NCBI RefSeq assembly: GCF_900232105.1
Contig: NZ_LT934425.1
Span: 4,080,001-4,112,000 of the forward strand
Reading direction: 5' to 3'
Length of the DNA stretch: 32,000 bases
Origin: Candidatus Kuenenia stuttgartensis
Lineage (GTDB): Bacteria > Planctomycetota > Brocadiia > Brocadiales > Brocadiaceae
In this document: piece after piece, positions 26,929 to 32,000 of the stretch
Position numbering within the stretch: the stretch's first letter is position 1
Layout: every line of letters begins with the position of its first letter
Program-made: the position numbers and the translations under genes
Notes under the pieces: model-generated
Databases searched by the model: none
The model's input: only the letters and a program-made list of their open reading frames with translations
What the model was told of the DNA's origin: nothing

Positions 26929-28654
26929 ATTACACCTAAATCCTGCAAACGATTTTCGCAATGCGAAAATCAGTATTTTCCACTACCAAGATTGGCAAAA
27001 AGCGATAACAGATATCCGTTTTTTAGCAATTGTGGTAGCGCTATTGTACTACTTTAAACAAAAAGACATGGGAAATTGTCGGAAACGTGCTCTCTGATGC
27101 AATGAAAATCAAGATAGGGATGTACTGTCTCCATCTGCGGTATACTTACCACTCTCAAAAGACTAAAAAAACGAAATACAACGTCGGTTTTCTACTGAAA
27201 AACTACATCCAGTGACATGCGTTCCCACTTTTCCCATTCCTCCTGATGGAGAAATTTCTCCGGCAATTTTAATGTCATCTGCCGGCTTCTCTCCACCAGT
27301 TTCCCTGCCACACGGATTAACCACAGTCTCATCGTCTTTACTTCCCACTGTTGTATCACTCCACCACTGAGCAATCCCATCCACTTCAAAAGATTATACG
27401 CTAACACCGCACACTGAAATAGCGCAGCATTGGCCAAAAATTCACCCGTACGTATGTGCCCCGCATTCATCTGTCCTTTACTCTCTTCTATCAAAGTCTC
27501 GCAGGTAGCCCTCTTTCCATAACAACGATGCGCTTCCATCGGACTTAACCGCTCCGTTGTAACGTAACAAAAATACTCATACACGGACACTTCTACTAAT
27601 TTCTTTTCTCTTTTGACCAATTGCCGCACTGCCACAAAACGTCTCGCACGATCCCACCCTGCACATCGATACCAAAATTCAGCCTGTTCCCATCCTGGCT
27701 CCCCTTTCACCTCATTCCATTTCTGCCCTTCAAGCAATCCTTCCAGATTCTTCAGCTTTACCTTAATCAGATATCCCGCCAATATTGACTCAAGGTATTC
27801 AAGTAATTCTCCGGTAAAAAAACCGCTGTCTCCCCGAAATACCACCCTTACCCCCTTATTCATGTACGCCATACATTCCTTCATGAACTCTACTACTCCG
27901 TTACTCGTGTAGGCGCTTCCACAGCGGAACCAACTATGTAATACCTCCTTTGTTTCTGCAATAAATGCCATTAAGGGATGATACGCCTTCTGCCCCTTCT
28001 TGTGCGGATTATATCCTACCTCTGCACCCTCCTGTTTCCCATATACACCATCTACGGTAGAATCAACATCTATCCATACTTCGCAAAGAGCACTCCTGAG
28101 TTTATGGCCTGATCTCACCGCACGCTTCCATATCTTTCCCCTAAACCGGTGGATCACCCCCGTCAGTTCCACTATATCTCCCTGACTCGCCAGCTTCATA
28201 ATACGTCCTATCGTAGTATCTACAGGTACCTCTTTCCAACCGGACATCTTCTTCAATACCTCATCTGTACACACCTTCATCACCTCTACCATCGATGTCG
28301 CCCCTGCTATCAACCCTATCACTACCATTTGTACCGCATCGACAAACTGATACCGGGCATTTGCTCCACGATCCTTATGGACCGCTTCATGGACTCTCTC
28401 CCGGAACATCAGCTTACCCATAAATTCAATACCGGTAAAAGCCCTGCATGTACCGTTAAGCCTTTCCCGCTCATCTCTGCCTTGATTTTCGGTTGTCTTT
28501 TGCTGTATTTTTTTGCTATATTCTTCATCGAAATGGTGAATCTCCTTTCAGGTGTTTTTTGTTATCAATATACCGCCGAATACCTTGGAAATCCTACCAT
28601 TTCAATCCTATTCCTGCAACAAGGCTTTGCCTTGTTTGCAGGATTTAGGTAACA
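26929..28654 (-). mobile_element. IS1380-family insertion sequence, copy 2 (inverted; transposase frameshifted)
   Basis: A 1726-bp inverted copy of 23695-25421. The only differences I can see are a 1-nt deletion in a T4 run (A3 at 28422-24 versus T4 at 23925-28) and a synonymous SNP (28239 versus 24111). Confidence 0.85.
27192..28528 (-). pseudogene. IS1380-family transposase with a -1 frameshift after codon about 35
   Basis: The original ATG is at 28528. Loss of one T in GAATTTTATGGG, giving GAATTTATGGG, separates the first 35 codons from the remaining 409-codon ORF (27192-28421). That ORF could still initiate at its own Met. Confidence 0.7.
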
Positions 28655-28663
28655 AAATAAAAT

Positions 28664-28695
28664 AAAAAAAGGCATCTAAAAAGATGCCTTTTTTT
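28664..28695 (-). terminator. Bidirectional rho-independent terminator downstream of the HAO-like gene
   Basis: AAAAAAAGGCATC-TAAAAA-GATGCCTTTTTTT, with a GGCATC/GATGCC stem flanked by A7/T7. It lies 28 nt after the HAO-like stop. The IS copy 2 end (28654) sits 10 nt away. Confidence 0.8.
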
Positions 28696-28722
28696 AAAAT
28701 TATCACTCAATTTAATACATTA

Positions 28723-30477
28723 TTACTGTTGTGATGCATCACGTCTCTTTTTCCAAATAGCAGCGCTAATCATAAGTACTGCAACGCCACCAATAATACT
28801 GCCTAAAATACCGGCAAGACCTTTTCTCTTCTTTGACTCCAAAAGTTCGTCTAATTTCTTTAATTTTTTGAGTTGTTCAGCCTGACTCTCTAACTTGTTA
28901 ATACCCTGATACACCTTTGCTGCTCCATACCACCAGGCTATATCTTGCTGTCCATGAGCAACGCCCTTATATGCATGTGCCTTGTCACCAAACCACATAT
29001 TTGCATACTCTAATTCTATCTGAGAAGGGTTGTTCTTTCCAGTCATAAATACTCCATACAGCCCCAAAATAGGTCCTATTACAGGCACTTTCCCACCAGT
29101 AGTTTTAAAAGCACTGTATACAGCTTCACCTAACAGACCTGGTCCTAGCGCATCAGCAAGAATATCACCAAGCGGAAAGATATCTCTTTTCTTAATAGGT
29201 ACTTCAAACGCATCAAGCGCTACTATTTCGTCAAGAATACCTTGCGCCCTATCCTGCAACCTCCACATTTCAAACATAAACTCGTCTAAATTCTCCCGAT
29301 ATAACCTTGCAAACCTAGGGCTATGGCACTTACTGCATACATTGACCCACTGCTCAGATCTCTTTTTGTTTTCAGGAGAATAAACGTCTAGTTTATAGTT
29401 CATCGGTGGTAAATTAATGCCGTAAGGATAATCTTTTAATGATGATTTATATTCAATCCCTTTAGGAGGAATAGTTCCCATCCTCCATACACCTTTAGTG
29501 ACAGGGTTATGTGCAAATGTTCCATTTCCCTGGTCAAAATGACAAAACTGACACGTGGGTGTTCTATAATCTTTGCCAGGAACTACCTCAGCCAAAGGCT
29601 TTTCCCAGTCCCAGTGTTCACCTTCCATGTGATAAATATATCCCATCTTCGATTCACTATACGTTTCAGCATCCGGATGATCAAAACCCATGTGGCAACT
29701 CATACAGGCTTCTGGTCTCCGGCCTTCCGCTGCTGCAAATTTATGTCTTGAGTGACATATGTTGCAACGGTCTGTTGCATGACATAAATCGCAACCGAAC
29801 TGTGCTGCCGGATAACCTCTTCTAAACATCTCTGGATACCACGGTGGTACCACATTTGCCATAAGGCCGTCAATGTGATTAGGTCTGCCTCGTTCTCTTT
29901 CACCCATAAATTCAGTTACTTCTTTTGGGTGACATTCACCACAATGAGCAGGCGTAGGCATATGTAACTCCTTATGATCTTTCCCGTGGCAATCGCTACA
30001 GGTGACCTCTTTCAACTCACGACCAATAAGTTTTTCTATTTGTTGTGTCTTTTCGGCAAATTGCGGGGACTTTTTAGGATTCGCGTGTGTCGAATCCTTC
30101 CAGTCATTCACAAACCCAGGCGTAACCTCTTCATGGCACGTAACACAATCAGTAGGTTTAAATCTTTCTAAAAGTTGGTCATAATAAGTACCATCTGGTT
30201 TCACGTAGTGCCTCCCCGGGAACCAATACATCTGCAATGGCACTGGTTTATATAACTCCATCCAGGGCCCTGCACCCTTTTCCAGCCCAACATTAGCCCC
30301 GAGCCAATCCCACATTGGCAATGGTTCATTTGGATATAGAATCTCATAGTAACTGGTTGCTTTTTTTTGTAATTCTTTTAAATTTGCCTCAGCCTTCACT
30401 TCTTTAACATTTGAAAAAAAGACACACATTAAAAAAGGGATAGCGATTAGTACCGCTCTCATCCTGTGAAACTTCAT
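28723..30477 (-). CDS. Octaheme hydroxylamine-oxidoreductase-like (HAO family) cytochrome c with a C-terminal TM anchor
   Basis: 584 aa with a signal peptide (…FFSNVKEVKA). Eight CxxCH motifs: CVTCH, CSDCH, CGECH, CDLCH, CNICH, CMSCH, CQFCH, CSKCH. HAO-like spacing and N-terminal block (DCVTCHEEVTPGFVNDWKDSTHA). C-terminal helix GLAGILGSIIGGVAVLMISAAIW followed by KKRR. GGAGG SD upstream. Confidence 0.9.
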   Translation of the reverse strand: MKFHRMRAVLIAIPFLMCVFFSNVKEVKAEANLKELQKKATSYYEILYPNEPLPMWDWLGANVGLEKGAGPWMELYKPVPLQMYWFPGRHYVKPDGTYYDQLLERFKPTDCVTCHEEVTPGFVNDWKDSTHANPKKSPQFAEKTQQIEKLIGRELKEVTCSDCHGKDHKELHMPTPAHCGECHPKEVTEFMGERERGRPNHIDGLMANVVPPWYPEMFRRGYPAAQFGCDLCHATDRCNICHSRHKFAAAEGRRPEACMSCHMGFDHPDAETYSESKMGYIYHMEGEHWDWEKPLAEVVPGKDYRTPTCQFCHFDQGNGTFAHNPVTKGVWRMGTIPPKGIEYKSSLKDYPYGINLPPMNYKLDVYSPENKKRSEQWVNVCSKCHSPRFARLYRENLDEFMFEMWRLQDRAQGILDEIVALDAFEVPIKKRDIFPLGDILADALGPGLLGEAVYSAFKTTGGKVPVIGPILGLYGVFMTGKNNPSQIELEYANMWFGDKAHAYKGVAHGQQDIAWWYGAAKVYQGINKLESQAEQLKKLKKLDELLESKKRKGLAGILGSIIGGVAVLMISAAIWKKRRDASQQ

Positions 30478-30560
30478 TATTTTGCCTCCTCTTCCACTAA
30501 ATCCAGCATTATAATATTTCGTTTAAAAGATCCGCTTTACTGTTTAACTCTTTGAAAATG

Positions 30561-31652
30561 TCAATTTATTTTAGGGAGTTTGAATTCTTGCAAGCCTATA
30601 TCATCAGTGGCAGTAGTTTTATATGGTTCTGTATGTTCCGGAAAAAACCATTCATCACCTTTGCCATATTCCTGAAAAAATTTCAAACGCATTTCGTGAG
30701 CTCTTGTATGATGACAAGGTCCACAAATGTTATAAACTGTCCCAAACGTACCTATTTTCGCTATCTTCTGCCCTTCGGGAGCCTTACCAACTTCCATGAA
30801 ATATGCATATGTTTCACCTGCACCGTGACAAGCTTCACATGTTACCCCTTCTTCCGAGTAAGTACCGGTATCTGCATCATACCCAGTTGTATGACACTTA
30901 AAACATGTTGTTCTGTATGCCTCATTCCCCGCGATATAATCAGGCGCCTTTTTTACTTTTTCGAATGTCTTAAATTTTATCCGCTGCCATCTTTCAACAT
31001 GCGGAGAGGTTAGCCCGGTATGGCATTTCAAACACTTGTCACTCCCTACATAAATATTCTTATCACCCGTTATGCAAAAACGCTTGAAATCCCCCATTTC
31101 AATTCGCTGATTTGGGTCATTCTCTTCCGGGGTTAACGTTGCAAGTTCATCCCAAAATTCAAACAAAGGTTCCGCAGTTTTCAGTTTTTTCAACATATCT
31201 CGTCTTCCGACAACCATACCCTCATGCGCCATTTCTTCATTAAGCGCCCTTCCAATCCCACCGTGACAAACTGTACATCCGTAAATATCAGACGGAAAAT
31301 ATTTTGTGTTAGGATGAACCGCTACAAGTTTCCTTTCGTCAATGTGGCATGTTATACATCTGTCAACTTTATCGCCATTTTTGCCGTCTGTCCACGCATA
31401 GTCGCCTTTTAAAAGAATCTGCTTCACTTCGTACTTTGGACTTTTCAAAGAGGTTAGCCTCTTGCCCAACATTTCTCTTTCCTGTACTGAAGTCGCGGCA
31501 TTAAACTCCCTCTCAACTTCCTTTGCATTTTCTTTGTAATATTCTTCCTGATATTTCTTCCATTCAGGATTGAATTCTTCGTTGAACCAAACAAGCGTGC
31601 TGATAAAAAACATGCTACTAAAAACAAAAAATATCAGTCTTTGTATGCTCAT
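30561..31652 (-). CDS. Membrane-anchored hexaheme cytochrome c
   Basis: 363 aa with an N-terminal TM helix (LIFFVFSSMFFISTLVWF). Six CxxCH motifs: CITCH, CTVCH, CLKCH, CFKCH, CEACH, CGPCH. It is immediately upstream of, and co-directional with, the HAO-like gene. Confidence 0.85.
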   Translation of the reverse strand: MSIQRLIFFVFSSMFFISTLVWFNEEFNPEWKKYQEEYYKENAKEVEREFNAATSVQEREMLGKRLTSLKSPKYEVKQILLKGDYAWTDGKNGDKVDRCITCHIDERKLVAVHPNTKYFPSDIYGCTVCHGGIGRALNEEMAHEGMVVGRRDMLKKLKTAEPLFEFWDELATLTPEENDPNQRIEMGDFKRFCITGDKNIYVGSDKCLKCHTGLTSPHVERWQRIKFKTFEKVKKAPDYIAGNEAYRTTCFKCHTTGYDADTGTYSEEGVTCEACHGAGETYAYFMEVGKAPEGQKIAKIGTFGTVYNICGPCHHTRAHEMRLKFFQEYGKGDEWFFPEHTEPYKTTATDDIGLQEFKLPKIN

Positions 31653-31689
31653 AAATCACCTGCCATAAGAAATATTTTTTGTACTAAAA

Positions 31690-32000
31690 TCATATGTTAA
31701 TCCAAGGTGTCGCTATAATATACTTAATATTAAAAGCAATCCTTAAAAACATTTTTAATACAATACCAATCATTGTAAGCATAAGCCCCATCGTTATGAC
31801 ATAACGTATAACGCCTATCCTATTAAAAAAATTACTATTAACCAAAATGGGAACAACTAATCCAACGAAATAAAAGCCTAACAACAATGCCATACCTACC
31901 GACAACGGCATATTATGTAAAGGCGGAGGCGTTGGAAAATCATGCGTCCATTTTTCCCACGGCCAAAAGAAAGACCAAAAAGGCCCTCTCAATGCTGTTC
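31690..32000 (-). CDS. Integral membrane protein, C-terminal part (gene probably continues beyond the right edge)
   Basis: The frame is open to the window edge; the ORF-track start is only a TTG at 31992. At least two hydrophobic helices (MPLSVGMALLLGFYFVGLVVPILV; YVITMGLMLTMIGIVLKMFL). It is 37 nt upstream of the hexaheme gene on the same strand. Family not recognised. Confidence 0.45.
   Translation of the reverse strand, partial: TALRGPFWSFFWPWEKWTHDFPTPPPLHNMPLSVGMALLLGFYFVGLVVPILVNSNFFNRIGVIRYVITMGLMLTMIGIVLKMFLRIAFNIKYIIATPWINI

Noticed and set aside
23690-28660. Target-site duplications, or a flank-exchange signature of IS-mediated inversion, around the two IS copies
   Set aside because: Identity between the copies extends 5 nt (TGTTA) and 6 nt (TGTAAT) beyond the CC...GG inverted-repeat core, so the true termini are ambiguous. 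With either boundary, no copy has a clean direct repeat. In the IS frame, the copy-1 left flank AATA equals the copy-2 right flank AATA, which is the pattern expected after inversion. However, the reciprocal pair (ATTT versus TATT) does not match, and the flanks are AT-rich, so the single 4-nt match is not evidence.

Overview
This 32-kb chromosomal window is roughly 40% G+C by eye. The gene content looks like an anammox-type planctomycete (Ca. Kuenenia/Brocadiaceae-like), because it combines a hydroxylamine-oxidoreductase-like octaheme cytochrome and multiheme partner with an alternative F-type ATPase. This cannot be verified without a database.

Layout:
- 247-6928 (-): a nine-gene N-type ATPase operon, atpD-C-Q-R-B-E-F-A-G, with no separate delta gene.
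- 7354-12549 (+): an M50/CBS site-2 protease, then a beta-phosphoglucomutase::trehalose-6-P-phosphatase fusion translationally coupled to a GH65 phosphorylase.
- 12737-23686: housekeeping genes. These are ettA, lysC, an AhbD/NirJ-type radical SAM protein, cimA, valS and a membrane-anchored Zn-ribbon/TPR/FGE-domain protein.
- 23695-28654: two almost identical, inverted IS1380-family copies bracketing a 1.5-kb AT-rich segment with an agmatinase-like gene. One copy has a frameshifted transposase.
- 28723-32000 (-): membrane subunit, then a hexaheme cytochrome c, then a TM-anchored octaheme HAO-like protein, then a terminator.

No rRNA, tRNA or CRISPR array was recognised.

The best candidate for something undescribed is the PGM-T6PP fusion plus GH65 pair. 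Its architecture only makes sense as a nucleotide-sugar-independent route from glucose-6-P to trehalose or a related alpha-glucoside. Other points worth a second look:
- the two-carboxylate c-subunit site and the b-delta-like fusion in the N-ATPase;
- the IS-bracketed agmatinase module;
- a promoter-plus-terminator leader in front of cimA;
- a dispersed 21-nt motif family that forms a 154-nt palindrome;
- the HAO-like module, which apparently has a shortened Tyr-crosslink loop.
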